From positions 3,182,642-3,246,641 of the forward strand of contig NW_018408726.1 of the NCBI RefSeq assembly GCF_002113885.1: a stretch of 64,000 bases of DNA, in the 5' to 3' direction. This document shows, one piece after another, positions 39,851 through 54,100 of this stretch. The DNA is from Mizuhopecten yessoensis (taxonomy: Eukaryota). Positions within the stretch are counted from its first letter, which is position 1. Each line of letters opens with the position of its first letter. The notes beneath the pieces are model-generated. The model saw only the letters and a program-made list of their open reading frames with translations. It had not been told where the DNA came from and searched no databases. Position numbers and translations under genes: made by a program.

Positions 39851-42800
39851 CATAATAATAATAATAATAATAATAATATAGTTAAATCAATGCATTCCAC
39901 GACATACACATATCGCCTTCAATCCATAGTTATTTATAGGTACTCAAACGTCAGATTAATCATTGTCTTTGTTCCTTTCAAAATGAAGTTTTAACCAACA
40001 GAATATGTTCATGTAATACTTAAATAACACTTAATATACACATGCACAATAATCGAATAAAACTAAATGTGTAAACCACTTTCTCAATTTTTACCCCCGG
40101 AAAGTAAAGTTAGAAAGCTATTCGTTATTATGATTAACGAATAAGTTTCCAACATTACTTTGCTGAACACGGCACAAAACTCTTGTTCTTGGATTCAAAG
40201 TTTTTGTTTTACGTTTTTTTTTATTGTGTAGAGCGCTTTCTTTAAGGTTCTGCTTTACCAAAGTGCGAATCAATATGTAAAATATACATAAACTCTACAA
40301 AGGATGTCGAATTGAGTGTAATTACAATGAAGTCAAGTTAAGGTAGAGATATCTTACCTGCATTATAGAATTTGAATCTGTAATGAATGTTGCTTTACTT
40401 GACTTTAAGGTATGTTATGGCATATTTAATTAGGACATCACACCTGTGAAATCCAAATAAATGAATATGCAAATTAAGTGTATACTGTATCATGAATAAG
40501 TTGACACGAATCAGGTGATGTGAGATTCAAGGTTGGCTTTCCGGTTTATAGCTCGATATAACAGATTATCCTTATGACCGACATCCACAAGCAGGTTTTG
40601 TGAGAATTAGGAATTCATTTAAGGAAATTATTCTTTCCTGTATAACCTCAAAATAAATGAATTGCAATGTCATTTGTTTCTTTGTTTTGTTTCTTTGTTT
40701 TGTTTCTTTGTTTGATCTTGAAACTCCATTGCACGGAATGTCCCATTTCTGATTTGTGCTACTATCATGAAAAAGACGACACTTAAAGAAGGTTTATATT
40801 ACAATAAAGTGTCTGGTGACCAACTAGGCAAATATTGCACGATAAAGACTTGCATTTGCATCTAACATTGGTGCATTTTTACATTTATACTATTACGACT
40901 GTTTAAGTACTTTTGATTGGTTTAGAAGAATCCAATATTAATTGGGGTTTTTATGACACTTAGAATGTATTCGGGAAACTTTAACTTAAACCACAATTAA
41001 TTTTTCAGTTTAAAAAAATTATTAAATTCCTAACTGATGAGCATAACGCCAGAATTGTCAATACATCAATTTGAAAGAAACATATATCATCGCAACCTAT
41101 CGAACAAACAATGATTGTGCAACGGTATTTGTGAATATTGATAAAAGCTTATTCAAACTGAATTCGCACCATCAATTACAAGATTTTCAAAGCACACATG
41201 GTGCCGTGTACACCAACGTGGGTTCATTGTTGCCTGTACCCGATTCGTAACAAAACGAACCACTACGTATAAATCGTTATTTAAGTAATAGTATCTGGTA
41301 CGACAGTTATGATAATAAGCTGAATTTATCTATTTTGATTACCTCCCTTCTGCAACAAGGGATGACTCGAAATTCCGTTCGACCTTCTCCGTATTCTCAC
41401 GAAAATAGTAGAGGTTAACTAATTTATCACTTCCTTATATAGATTATAACTTCAATACAAGTGTTGTCTACCGAAGATAATTTATTTCATTTTCGTCAGT
41501 AATTGTTTTTATCATATTGATGAAACGGATATCAAACGTGTTATTTGAAAAACTGTGAAAATGTCCTTTACTGTACTGTTCCAGAACGGCACTTTCTATT
41601 TGCTTTATTCAAAGTCCCTTATTTTCTGTTCAGATGATGCAATAATAAGAACAAGTGTTTTCTTTGGTATTTCTTTATTTACACAATTACATGTTTTCCA
41701 TTGTTCTACGCAGATCTTACAAAGTTGAAACATAAAACGATAGAAACATGTTGAGTATTTCATTCAAAATGGCGCATATTTTGTTTAATTGTCAAGCGTG
41801 ACCTCACTAGAATATTGCGACAAATGATGGTACATAGCCTTTAAGATAGCCATACATGCCTAAGCTAATCTCAAATTATGAATTCAGGATGTACAATGAC
41901 CATTTAAATTACGTGTTAATAGACCATGTTGACCAGTTAGACAAAACACTTACATTCAGTCTTGCACTGGGTTTTTATAACCGATACAATTATAAGGTTA
42001 AGTGTTACAATATTATAGTCTGGTACGAGGGCATTTCACTAAACTCTGTATCTAGTGTCAGGAATTACATGTATGGTGTAAATAGTTTGACTTTTCTATT
42101 ACAATCTTCCAAGTATCCTCCCTTAGCAGAAACGCACTTTGACAATCGGGCTATCCGTGACGTAAACGCTGCATGGTCGCCACCCTTTAATATACTGACG
42201 AGACACTGGAAAATTACAATAACCCAGATCACTCCTAGAGGTATACCGTTTCCGAGAGAAGATTTGCTTAAGCAAAGGAAACATGAAGAAGTCATAGGGA
42301 ATTAGATCTGGTGTAAAGGGGGCGGGGTGTCAATCTGTGCTACTTTCGTTTGATTCAAAAATGCCTATTGCTTTTGTAGGATGAAGCATAGTCGTAAATT
42401 ATATTGATGCCATTCAACCGTTTACTTGGACGTTTTTTTTATGTAGAATCTGTTAACAAACATCAGTACTTTGGGTCTGTAAATTTTACAGTGATACTTC
42501 CCCCGTCCTTACATGGTATCTGAACCACAGGCCCACTAGAATTAAAAAAGAAGATATACAAACTGTTCATGGTGCTTTGTATACGCCTTGGGATTCCTGA
42601 ACTTTCTTGATTTGTTAACGTTTAATTGGTTTAATATTAAGGCCTAGCTAAATCGGTTTGTAAACCTTGAATTGGTTTAATATTTAGCCCTTGTTAAATC
42701 GATTTTGCGTTTGAATTGTGGTTTTGTTGACACTCTAGTATTCCATTGGTTTAGTTTGTCCTCATTATACCGTTTTGTGTGTTCTCTTGCTGTTGTTTTT

Positions 42801-43539
42801 TCTTCGTTAGCCCTGATGGCACTCAAAATGCTATTACATTGTACATAAATTATAAAGAAATTAGTATGTATAATTGTGACATATTTGACAAGTCCTAATG
42901 GCATTTATCAAACGCGACATTATTCGTTAGCAAGGGAATTCATGTACTGAAAGGAAGCTTCGATCATTTCTTCATCCGAGAGAAAATTAAATCCAATTTT
43001 GTGTTATAAAAATCGAATTTGAAGATCAAACAAAGAACCAAATCTATAAATATAGGAAAACACAAAATAGAACAGTGTTTTTCGATTTTATTCCTTTTCT
43101 TTTACAACCTGCATGTAGAAAAAAGAAAAAAAGACCAAAGTATAAATAAAACGACCAATGTTTATTAGCATTTTGTAGTAGTTTATCAACAAATAATCAC
43201 AAAGAAACTTGAAAAAACATTGACTATTTGTGTAAGTCGAAATTAAAGAAAAAAAAAGTTCCTTTAATTACTTACTTTTATATTTCCTAACTTGATGTAG
43301 ACTGAAACATTACAACGTGAAATATTGCTATATGATTAGAGTCGATTGACAAATCCGATAAGTGACATTTAAGAGGGGTTTGTTAGGCGACATCTAAAAG
43401 GGGTTTGTTTAATGATACACAAAAGGGTCTTCTTTAATGACATCTAAAGAGGATGTGCGACGTTACTGTCTGAAGCAGTTTTCTCAAGAGTAGAAATACT
43501 AATTAATCTAATTGATAACCGTGCATCTGATGCTTGCTC

Positions 43540-46110
43540 GTTACCATATGTCTGTTGTTTGCTCAGTACCGTTTGTATGTTGTTTGCTCTGTACCGTATG
43601 TCTGTTGTTAGCTTGCTACCGTATGTCTGTTGCATACTCACTATACCGTATGTCTGTTTTTTACTCACTATACCGTATGTCTGTTGTTTGCTTACTTCCG
43701 TATGTCTGTTGTTAACTTACTACCTTATGTCTGTTGTTAGCTTACTACCGTTTGTCTGTTGTCAACTTACTACCGTTTGTCTGTTGTCAACTTACTACCG
43801 TATGTCTGTTGTTAGCTTGCTACCGTATGTCTGTTGCATACTCACTATACCGTATGTCTGTTGTTTGCTTACTACCGTAGTATGTCTGTTGATAGCTTAC
43901 TACCGTATGTCTGTTGTATACTCACTATACCGTATGTCTGTTGTTTGCTTACTACCGTATGCCAGTTATTTGCTTACTTCCGTATGTCTGTTGTAACCTT
44001 ACTACCGTATGTCTGTTGTAAGCTTACTACCGTATGTCTGTTGTTTGATCACTACCGTATGTCTGTTGTTAGCTTACTACCGTATGTCTGTTGCATACTC
44101 ACTATACCGTATGTCTGTTGTATACTCACTATACCGTATGTCTGTTGTTTGCTTACTTCCGTATGTCTGTTGTTTGCTTACTTCCGTATGTCTGTTGTTA
44201 GCTTACTTCCGTATGTCTGTTGTTAACTTACTACCTTATGTCTGTTGTTAGCTTACTACCGTATGTCTGTTGTATACTCACTATACCGTATGTCTGTTGT
44301 TTACTCACTATGCCGTATGTCAGTTGTTTGCTTATTTCCGTATGTCTGTTGTTAGCTTAGTACCGTATGTCTGTTGTAAGCTTACTACCGTATGTCTGTT
44401 GTTTGATCACTACCGTATGTCTGTTGTTATCTTACTACCGTATGTCTGTTGCATACTCACTATACCGTATGTCTGTTGTATACTCACTATACCGTATGTC
44501 TGTTGTTTACTCACTATACCGTATGTCTGTTGTTTACTCACTATGCCGTATGTCTGTTGTTTGCTTATTTCCGTATGTCTGTTGACAGCTTAGTACCGTA
44601 TGTCTGTTGACAGCTTACTACCGTATGTCTGTTGTATACTCACTATACTGTATGTCTGTTGTTTACTCACTATGCCGTATGTCTGTTGTTTGCTTATTTC
44701 CGTATGTCTGTTGACAGCTTAGTACCGTATGTCTGTTGATAGCTTACTACCGTATGTCTGTTGTATACTCACTATACTGTATGTCTGTTGTTAGCTTACT
44801 ACCGTTTGTCTGTTGTCAACTTACTTCTGTATGTCTGTTGTTTGCTTACTTCCGTATGTCTGTTGTTAGCTTATTACCGTATGTCTGTTGTAAGCTTACT
44901 ACCGTATGCCTGTTGTTAGCTTACTTCCGTATGTCTGTTGTATACTCACTATACCGTATGTCTGTTGTTTGATCACTACCGTATGCCAGTTGTTAGCTTA
45001 CTACCGTATGTCTGTTGTATACTCACTATACCGTATGTCTGTTGTTTGCTTACTACCGTATGTCAGTTGTTTGCTTACTTCCGTATGTCTGTTGTTAACT
45101 TACTACCGTATGTCAGTTGTTTGCTTACTACCGTATGTCTGTTGTTAACTTACTACCGTTTGTCTGTTGTTTGCTTATTTCCGTATGTCTGTTGTTGGCT
45201 TACTACCGTATGTCTGTTGTTAACTTACTACCGTATGTCTGTTGTTTGCTTACTTCCGTATGTCTGTTGTTAACTTACTTTCGTATGTCTGTTGTATACT
45301 CACTATACCGTATGTCTGTTGTTAGCTTACTACCGTATGTCTGTTGTTTGCTTACTTCCGTATGTCTGTTGTATACTCAATATACCGTATGTCTGTTGTT
45401 AGCTTACTACCGTTTGTCAGTTGTTTGCTTACTTCCGTATGTCTGTTGTTAGCTTACTACCGTATGTCTGTTGTTCGCTTACTACCGTATGTCTGTTGTC
45501 AGCTTACTACCGTTTGTCTGTTGTTAGCTTACTACCGTTTGTTGTATGCTCACTACCGTATGTCTGTTGTTAGCTTACTATCGTTTGCTGTTGCATGCTC
45601 GCTATCGTACGTCTGTTGTTAGCTTACTACCGTATGTCTGTTGCATCCTCCGTACCGTATGTCTGTTGTTAGCTTACAAATCGTTTGTCTGTTGTTAACC
45701 TACTACTGTATGTCTGTTGTTTGCTTACTACCGTTTGTCTGTTGTTAGCTTACTATCGTTTGTCTGTTGTTAACCTACTACCGTATGTCTGTTGTTAACT
45801 TACTACCGTATGTCTGTTGTTAACCTACTACCGTATGTCTGTTGTTTGCTTACTACCGTTGGTCTGTTGTTTGCTTACTACCGTATGTCTGTTGTTTGCT
45901 TACTACCGTATGTCTGTTGGTTGCTTACTACCGTATGTCTGTTGTTTGCTTACTATCGTAGGTCTGTTGTTTGCTTACTATCGTTTGTCTGTTGTTAGCT
46001 TGCTACCGTTTGTTGTTGCTTGCTCACTACCTTTTCTGTTGTTAGCTGACAACCGTATGTCTGTTATTAGCTTACTACCGTTTGTCTCTTGTATGCTGAT
46101 TATTTTATGT
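43540..46110. repeat. 25/27-bp minisatellite (CTTACTACCGTATGTCTGTTGTTAG / CTCACTATACCGTATGTCTGTTGTATA) in P2 intron 3
   Basis: About 100 units; source of the many Cys/Val/Leu ORFs at 43.5-46.1 kb. Confidence 0.97.
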
Positions 46111-46529
46111 CTGTTTTGTAACATTTGTTAATGTCCGCTGTGTTTTGTTATGTCATGTGTTTTAGGTGCTCCGTACTGTATGCCTGTTTTATTTTGCTTA
46201 GTAACGTGAGTGTGATATGCTCATGTTTATATGGCTGTTTTGTGCTTATAACTATAAACAGCTGCAAGCATGCCCTCTTTTTCTTAGTACATTAGTTATG
46301 TTGTATGCTAAATAAAGTTGTAAAATATAACTATGGTATGCTCATTTCCATAGTTCTTGCATAAGCTGGGTGATTATTGCCTAATGCACACATTACATTT
46401 TTACAATGTGTGATCCGTATGTCTGATAAAGTGCCTTAGAGTAGATTTGCGAATTATAAAGGGCGTTATACAAATGTTGTAAAAACATTTTTTTATTATT
46501 ATTTACGAAAAAGAAATGGTATATTCTTC

Positions 46530-47730
46530 TTCTTCCCTGATTTTTTGGCCACCTTATCTTTTGATTGGTAGCAGATGTGTTAACAGTCTTATAAGTATAT
46601 TGTAGGCCAAGGTCAAAAGGTAGCATTGCAACATTTTCAAGTAGGTCAAAAATCCAATATGGCCGCCATGACGTCATAGGTCAAAATCTTAAAATGGCCA
46701 CAACTCAAACTGTTGTTTGTACAGCAGTCATGCAATTATATTATTTGTAGATATTTGTCAGGGCTAACTTGTTTTCATTACATGTTATTACAAGAATGGT
46801 GAAGCAAAAATCCTCGCTGTTGGGTCAAAGGTCACCAATTTTTCAACTTCTTTATTTTTCAATATTTTTGAAAAATTCTTTTAGAAATCGATGCAATATG
46901 TCATTCCAATAAATTTGGTATCTTTAGTTTTTCTATAAAATATATTTCGTTTGCACTGTACGCCATTTTTGAAATGCCGAAAATATGTTAAAATCATTTT
47001 GTCCTAATCTCAAGGTTATAGGGGTCAAATGTCTTAAAATCTTAATACGGCCTCTTCTCAATAACCAAGAGACCCAGGGCGATGATATTTGGTAAGTAGC
47101 ATACTGATTTCAATTGTTATTAATTGCAATAAAATAATTGTATCAAAATTCAATTTCCGGTTTTCGGTAGGAGTCAAATTTCAAAAGTGCTATATTAGGT
47201 AACACATTTAAACAATCTTCTGCTTACGTTCTACAAGGTCTTGGGTCTTGACATTTCATATAAAAGGTTCTCAGGTGATTGGCTATTAAGTTTGTGAAAT
47301 TAATTGACCTTGACTTACTTTCAAGGTCGAAGGGGTCAAATGTCTAAAAATCTTTATACGGCCTCTTCTCAATAATCAAGAGGCCTAGGGCGATGATATT
47401 TCGACTGTAGCATATTGCTATCAATTGCTATTTATTGCAATAAAAAAAATCGTGTCAAAAGCCAACTTCCAGTTTTCGGTTTTTGTCAAAATTCAAATGC
47501 ATTCTTTTGGGGTAATAAACTTTGAAAAGCTTGTCCTGAGGTTGTTTAAGGTCTAGAGTCTTAATATTTGATATGAAGGATGCTGGATGTTTTGCTATAA
47601 GGCCAAACCAGTCCAAATAGTGAAAACCCCTCAAATTGTTAGCCAACAATTTCTAGTTTTGTATGATATTGTGAAAAAAAAAATGAATTTCTCATAACTT
47701 TTTATTAGTGTGGCCAACAAAAACATTTTC
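46530..47730. mobile_element. non-autonomous repeat fragment with an internal ~300-bp-period duplication, occupying the P2 exon-3 position
   Basis: GGGGTCAAATGTCT..TACGGCCTCTTCTCAATAA..GGGCGATGATATTT occurs at ~47020 and ~47332. AATATGGCCGCC and GGTCAAAGGTCA motifs are present. Homology to P3 breaks at both edges. Confidence 0.6.
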
Positions 47731-48223
47731 GAATTACAGACGCAATTCAAATTTAAAGAAATTAAGAAATGCATGGTACGGGTCTGTTATGTTAGGTATG
47801 TAATACACCTAAGAGTCACGTCGTCACAATGTCTTTGATCCAATGTGGCTTTACCAAAGAAATAATGTTTGAACATTTTTGAGCATTTATGTCTTAATAT
47901 ATTCTGACCGATTTCCTATAAAAGTTGTTAACCGATACAGTATGCCAAATAAATAGTACTGCACAGTACAGTTGTTTCACCCTACTAGGACTAAACGACG
48001 ATGTTAGCGGCCAAATAGTTGGACACTTACATTGGTCTCAAACTTCTGTCGAAACAGCATAAGAGCGAAAATATCCTTGATATATAAATTTCATAATAAA
48101 AAGGGTACTGATTAACATCAACACGCGAACATCACTAAAAGTCCAGGAGACCTAATACTTTGATTCACAAAAGAAAGCGATATTGATAAGAGTTTTGTTT
48201 CTGTTGAAAACGTATCTAGTTAC

Positions 48224-48335
48224 TCAAAGTTGCCGCCTGCATAAACGGGTCGTGTGACTCAAAGTACCAGTCTGCGTGAACTGTGACGAAAGCCAATGCC
48301 AGTGCCAACAACACTACTACCACTCTCAGCATCAT
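48224..48335 (-). CDS. P2 secreted peptide exon 2: MMLRVVVVLLALALAFVTVHA-DWYFESHDPFMQAATL (gene probably truncated)
   Basis: Acceptor TTGTATAG and donor GTAACT; 112 nt, phase 1, same length as P3 exon 2. Signal peptide is 19/21 identical to P3. Confidence 0.85.
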
Positions 48336-48859
48336 TCTCCTCCTATACAAGTAGAAATGTATTAATCAGCGTCAGCAAATCAGAGTATGATTTTAATGTA
48401 GAACAAACATAGAACCATCAATATTGTCAAGCTATCAGGACTGGATCGAAAATCAAAATCGATGAAGAAAATAATAATCACAATTACGAAAAAGATATAC
48501 GTAAACATAATATCTCACTAGGAAAGAAACAAATAGACAAAAAGAGACCGCAGCATCAGGCAACCAATGACAAAATCTGAACTGATATTTCGCTTTCTTT
48601 CTTACACAGTTTAAAACAATTTCGAACATGTCGTTAAACAGTAGACCTGTGTAGTTTAATTTGATTTTTAGTATCAATCGATAGTTCTCAATTCTAGTGC
48701 AGTACATACATGCATGTCATATTTATGATAGCACAGCTATGTATTTCGTATTTCTAATTAAAGAATTGTACTACTTGAAATGTAATATATAGTTCTTAAT
48801 CAAAACTATAGTAGGCTACATATAACATGTGCTTCATAATTCTCAATGATAGAACTTAC

Positions 48860-48926
48860 CCTTACTGTAACCAGTGCGTCTTAGACAACGACTCTAAATG
48901 AACGCAAGGGGATGTCCTACTTATAA
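48860..48926 (-). promoter_or_regulatory. P2 TATA box (48921-48926) and non-coding exon 1
   Basis: Minus strand CACCTTATAAGTAGG..GTTCATTTAGAGTCG..AAGG|GTAAGT aligns with P3 CACCTTATAAATACG..GTTCATTTAGTATCG..AACG|GTGAGT. Confidence 0.7.
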
Positions 48927-50451
48927 GGTGTTGTCTGATCCTTATTTCCTGAAAATGATGAATGTGAGATCGTAAAATGCTAGAAAAATGATATCTGTCT
49001 GAATTTCCTTGATGATGACTCATTTAATACTATGATTAAGCTGTTATCTTTCTTTTCCGAGAGTTTTTAAACGTGAATGTATATAGACGTACGGTCGCCT
49101 GCTAGCTTTGCACTAGAGACTAATTCCTTTAATTCCATTGGTAGAGCGGAGGACGTCTGAGCCGGGGTCGATAATTCGATCACCAGACGGAACACACTAC
49201 TCTTTTACTGTTTCAAATGGTGCCCGTTGCCCTCCCTGTTATGGCAGGTTCAACACGTATGAAATAAGGGATAGAATGGTGTCGCAGGTTTAATTCTACT
49301 TATGAGCATGGTCGCCGTCTAGCTTTTCTTTGAAAAGAATATACCTTTAACATATTCTGTAAAACAGCGGACTGGAAAGCTGTCAATGATCCTTGGTCAA
49401 AGCACACTACTCTCTTTCATGTATCATTCAAATAACTTCGGTAGCCTTTTGTGTTGACCTTGTAATGTTTACACTCTTATTGCCATTGATTATGTTTTAC
49501 AATTTATCTACAGAATAGTCTGCATGTATTTGTTATGGCGTTATCTGTAAATCACAATGTGCTTTAATATAGTAGGGTATTTTAAATTTAGTCTTAAACT
49601 GCGTTTTATAATTGAAAGTAGCGACTAGTCTCGAGTGCATACGACTCAGAAATGAATAACAAACAATGAAATAAAATAAAAATAAGTCTGTTCAGACCTT
49701 TAAGTATTCCCTTGTTCGTTCGTACGGGAGCTGTTTAGCGGCAGAATGGATTGAATGACCCTCGTTAAATGTTTCACCTCTTGAGTATTTGCATAGTAAT
49801 ATGTCATTACATTTTACGTTTGCATACCATACTGATGCAATGCAAATAACTGAATATGCAAATAATATATTATGTATCAAAAACATAACATATCTGTATG
49901 TGATTAACACATCTATCACGTGATGCTTTATTTACAATTATCGTTTACGTTATACGGCTCATGTCTATTTCTTATATGCGTCAATCATCGACTTTAATTT
50001 TCTAGGTGTCTAAAATTTAAAACCTCTAATCGTGAAAACAGAGGACATTTTTTTTTTATAATCACACTAAATACACTTAGAAGCGTCTTAGATGTGCTGT
50101 GTCCTTCAAATATGTTCTTTATGAATATGATGAACTAAAACTGAATATACATACGATCGTTCAAGTGCCTGTAAGATACACGGAATATTTATACTTTGAT
50201 TAAAGGCTACGGCGCTGCCATAGCGTCTCGTTGTCCGCTTGTGGAGATATCAATGAGATTGACCGATGAGTCAAGATGGTGATTTGTGTTTTAATAGAGA
50301 AAATACAATTTCACGGGGAAAACATTCTGAACACATTTTCGTTCAATTAAATATGGCAAAATGAAAACAAAATTGTCAAGGAATACCCTTTTTCGTGTTC
50401 GTTTAGTGACTATAACGGTTTCCTCTTTTTTGCTCTGTATAATTTATGAAA

Positions 50452-50690
50452 CTATCACGTGTCCATTACATACCTCAGAAGATATCCTGACAACGGCAGG
50501 ATTCGCTTTTGATATTGAAATCAATCGTCTACATTAAAATATGGCTTTGTTATTGGTTTATGGCCCAATATATCATGTGTCTTTTACTTACCTCAGAAGA
50601 TATCCTGACACGGCAGGATTCGCTTTGGATATCAAAACCAATCGCCTACATTGAAATATGGTTTTGTTATTGGTTTGTGACCCAATATAC
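50452..50690. repeat. ~118-bp tandem duplication; a related single copy lies near 60030
   Basis: TACCTCAGAAGATATCCTGACA..GGCAGGATTCGCTTT occurs twice; CATCCTGACAATAGCAGGATTCACTTT lies at ~60035. Confidence 0.8.
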
Positions 50691-51109
50691 AAAAAGATTT
50701 AAAAATAACCGTGAAATGCAAAAAGATAAGGCTTTTCGCGTAATATATGAATATACATTCGTAGACGTTTTATAAGTGAAATGCATTAATGTGAAATAGT
50801 TTTACTTCAGAGCAGGTTAAAATAAGAATACTCAGATGCGGTTTAGATTTTGTAAAGAATTAGTCCTTCATTGGATAGAAACAATCTTAATAAAACCCAA
50901 TAGCAATGAAACTTAAACTTTTACTTTACAAATTATTAAAGCTCATGAGATATGATGACGTCTTCCACTAAGGACGGATCATTTTAACGTCATATTGAAT
51001 TACAACGAATTTCAACTTTGCAAAAAGTAAGTAGCATATTCTAACAAAGTCATTATTTTTGACACAGTATTACGTATGCATGGTATTTCTGGATAGCTGA
51101 CAAATTATA

Positions 51110-54100
51110 TAGTCCAGCAGATTATGCCAATATATAAAAAATATTTCAATTAATGATGCAAGCACCAACTTTGGGAATGGCACCATTGAAGTATTCTTCA
51201 TTTAATTTAATTCGTTAGCCACACGAAATTTTCAAAATGACGGCCATTTTCCAAGATGGCAGCCATGGGGTTGCTATAATTATGTTTTTTGTACTGAATA
51301 ATTGTTTTTTTTGGCTCTACTGGTTGGAATTTGTTTTGTTTGCATCTTGAATCACGGTAAAACTATACTTACATGCTTTTTAAACTGTTTAGAAACTTGA
51401 AATACGGTTTTGTCAAAACAATAGAGTGAATGTCAAAGCACAACCAGGGCACACTGGTGACATCACTGCTGTGAAACTCGGCATGGGGTTCAGTGACATC
51501 TCAACTAATTAAGCATAGCTAAGTGACCCAAATGCTACCGTACTAGCCCCTGACACATTATTATAGTATTAAACATAATGTTATATGAAACCTGAAGCCG
51601 CGCCTGAATCGACAGGATGTGACAGCGCGGGAGAACCGAGACAAGGGTAACGGGGCATATGTTACCCGGAGGGTGTACATATCGCACGGGACTTAATAAT
51701 TGTCACTAGATGAACGATCGGACTAGGTGTAGGATAGTATTATAGATCGAACCTAGTTGTATCCCATACTACAAAGCGCTTTTTGACAATTTTAGGTGAT
51801 AAACCCTCGACCTTAAATTTTGTCGGTTATTTTAATCATGCAGTAGTTTACTAAATTAGTAGGATGAGTACAATTACATCAACACCTTTGGCGTCTACTT
51901 TGGTGACTGACTGGAATAGATGTTGTCTCTGTCAAACAGAGAAAGATGAAGAATTGAAATGTCAACCATCTCGCTACGACAGAAACAAGGATGGCGATGG
52001 GTATGCTATGATAGCTAGAAATGTCCCTTTCTTTAAAATCATCAATCAAATGTCAATCATTATGGACCCTGCTATATTGGCATAGAGGAAACACGCAGAG
52101 AAAACAAAGCAAAACACCATCAAGGTTGCCGGCTTTTGTTTAATATCAGTGAACTTGAGAAACGAGGAGCAGATCTGCCAATTCAAAGGATTTAAACGAG
52201 GGTCCAGTACCAGCTAAAAGTAGACGAACAAGCCTTGATAATCGTGTGTGTTTCCTTTGCGAACAAGAGGCACCCCGATCTGAGCTAAGGAATGCCATGA
52301 CAATGGATCTTGATAAAAGATTAAACGAATGTGCTAGAAACCTGAATGACGGGAAACGATTAGCAATACTAAGTGGTGGTGATATTGTTGCACAAGAACT
52401 GGGGTATCACCGCTCTTGCTTGACGACACTTTCTTCGAAAGAATAAGAAGTCAACCCAATAGTGTTTTCTGAGCTTCTTGTATACGTAGACGATTGGCCT
52501 GTAGTATTCCGACTTGCAGATCTTGTCGTTCTTTACAACCAACGACTACAACAATTATGAGTAGAAACACCAAATGCTAATTCTACAAGATTAAAGGACA
52601 AGTTACTGCAGAAATTCCTGATTTGGGGGCCCATTAGAAGAGATATTCTGTTTGCACTTAAGCAGGATATTGGTGAAGCCCTGTCACAGGCAGTTGACTA
52701 TTCGGAAGCTCTCATGGTTACCAAAGCAGCTGGAATCTTATGAAGGCATATGCCCAAGCACAAGGCTGCATTCAATGGAATGTTCCATGATAATTGCATA
52801 GAAGATGCCGTACCATCTATTCTTCTTCAAATTGTTTGTATGATTGAGCACGGGGCTGACATAAAATCACAATAACGGTTTGGTGCGTCTAAGACTGATT
52901 TGGCCATGGCGCAGTTGCTCCAGTACAATTGCTATGCAAAACACAAGGAGGGAGCTAAAACCTTTAGACATTCCAAAGATCGAGAAACCCCATTTCCAGT
53001 CTTCATTTCCACATATGCAAAAACAAGGAAAAGGCTCTGGTAAAAATGCTGCACGGACATGGTCTAAGTATTTCTTATGACAGGGTTCTTGACGTGTCTG
53101 CTCAATTTGGGAATGCAGCTGTGAATAGATACAAGAACGAGGGTGTTGTGTGTCCATCTGATCTGAGGAAAGACCTTTTTCCTACTGCTGCAATGGACAA
53201 CATTGACCATAATCCAACTGCAACTACCGCAACAACATCCTTTCATGGCACCAGTATTTCAGTGTTTCAACACCCAACATCATTAAATCAAGGCCAAATA
53301 CGAGAGAGGAATCTAATTGACAGCAAATCTAAAAAGGTACCAGAGCTACCAAACTCTTATACGAACATACATCCCTCTTTCTTTACACAAAAATAGCCAT
53401 GTCCTACAACTATCGAAACACCTTTTGTTCTTCCCGCATTGCAATTAATGCCCGAATTTGACTGGTTGCAAAAGGTGAGTGTAACTGAAACAGGTGACGA
53501 TGAGGAAGTCAATATATCGTGGTCCTCCTATCATGCGTCCATGAAAAGAAGCCCTGCCTTTCAAATAAGCATTACGGCGCTATAACCTTTACTGCGAGAA
53601 AAAGCACACTCTGTCGCCACCATTAGACATGTCAAGGATAGAGTGGAAATAGTTTCCCATTTAAATCCTGGTCAGTCGCCAGTCATAGCTGCTGATCAGC
53701 CACTCTATGCAACCGCAAACCAAATACAGTGGCACTGGCCAGATCGATGTGGTGAAGATAATTTTGTTATGATGTTTGTTGGATTGCATATTGGGATGGC
53801 AGCATTCACGTCCATTGGCACCCTGCTTCAAGAGAGTGGGTGGACTAGTTCTCTTGTAGAGTCAGGAATAGCGTCATCTAGCACAGCATAATCTTTTCTG
53901 TCGGCTTTAAGTGTCACAAGAACACGCCAGATGCACCAGATTGCAGCGTGTACTCTGTATAAGCTCCAGATTGAAGTTTATAACCGCAAGACCTCAGAGG
54001 TAAATGATAATGATGATCCCAATCCGACTTTTGAAGAACGGATTGCCCGAGGAAGCAGATACCAGGATCTTTGTACATGCCAAACATGCTGTTGCAGAGG

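Noticed and set aside
41856-42305. 149-aa ORF
   Set aside because: No recognisable domain, composition bias or exon support.
43444-46131. Many Cys/Val/Leu-rich ORFs resembling metallothionein or keratin-associated proteins
   Set aside because: All frames of the 25/27-bp minisatellite.
46393-46677. Basic ORF segment (KIRWPKNQGRRRIY) as the missing P2 exon 3
   Set aside because: It straddles repeat and intron-3-homologous sequence; the nearest AG acceptor gives an immediate stop in phase 1.
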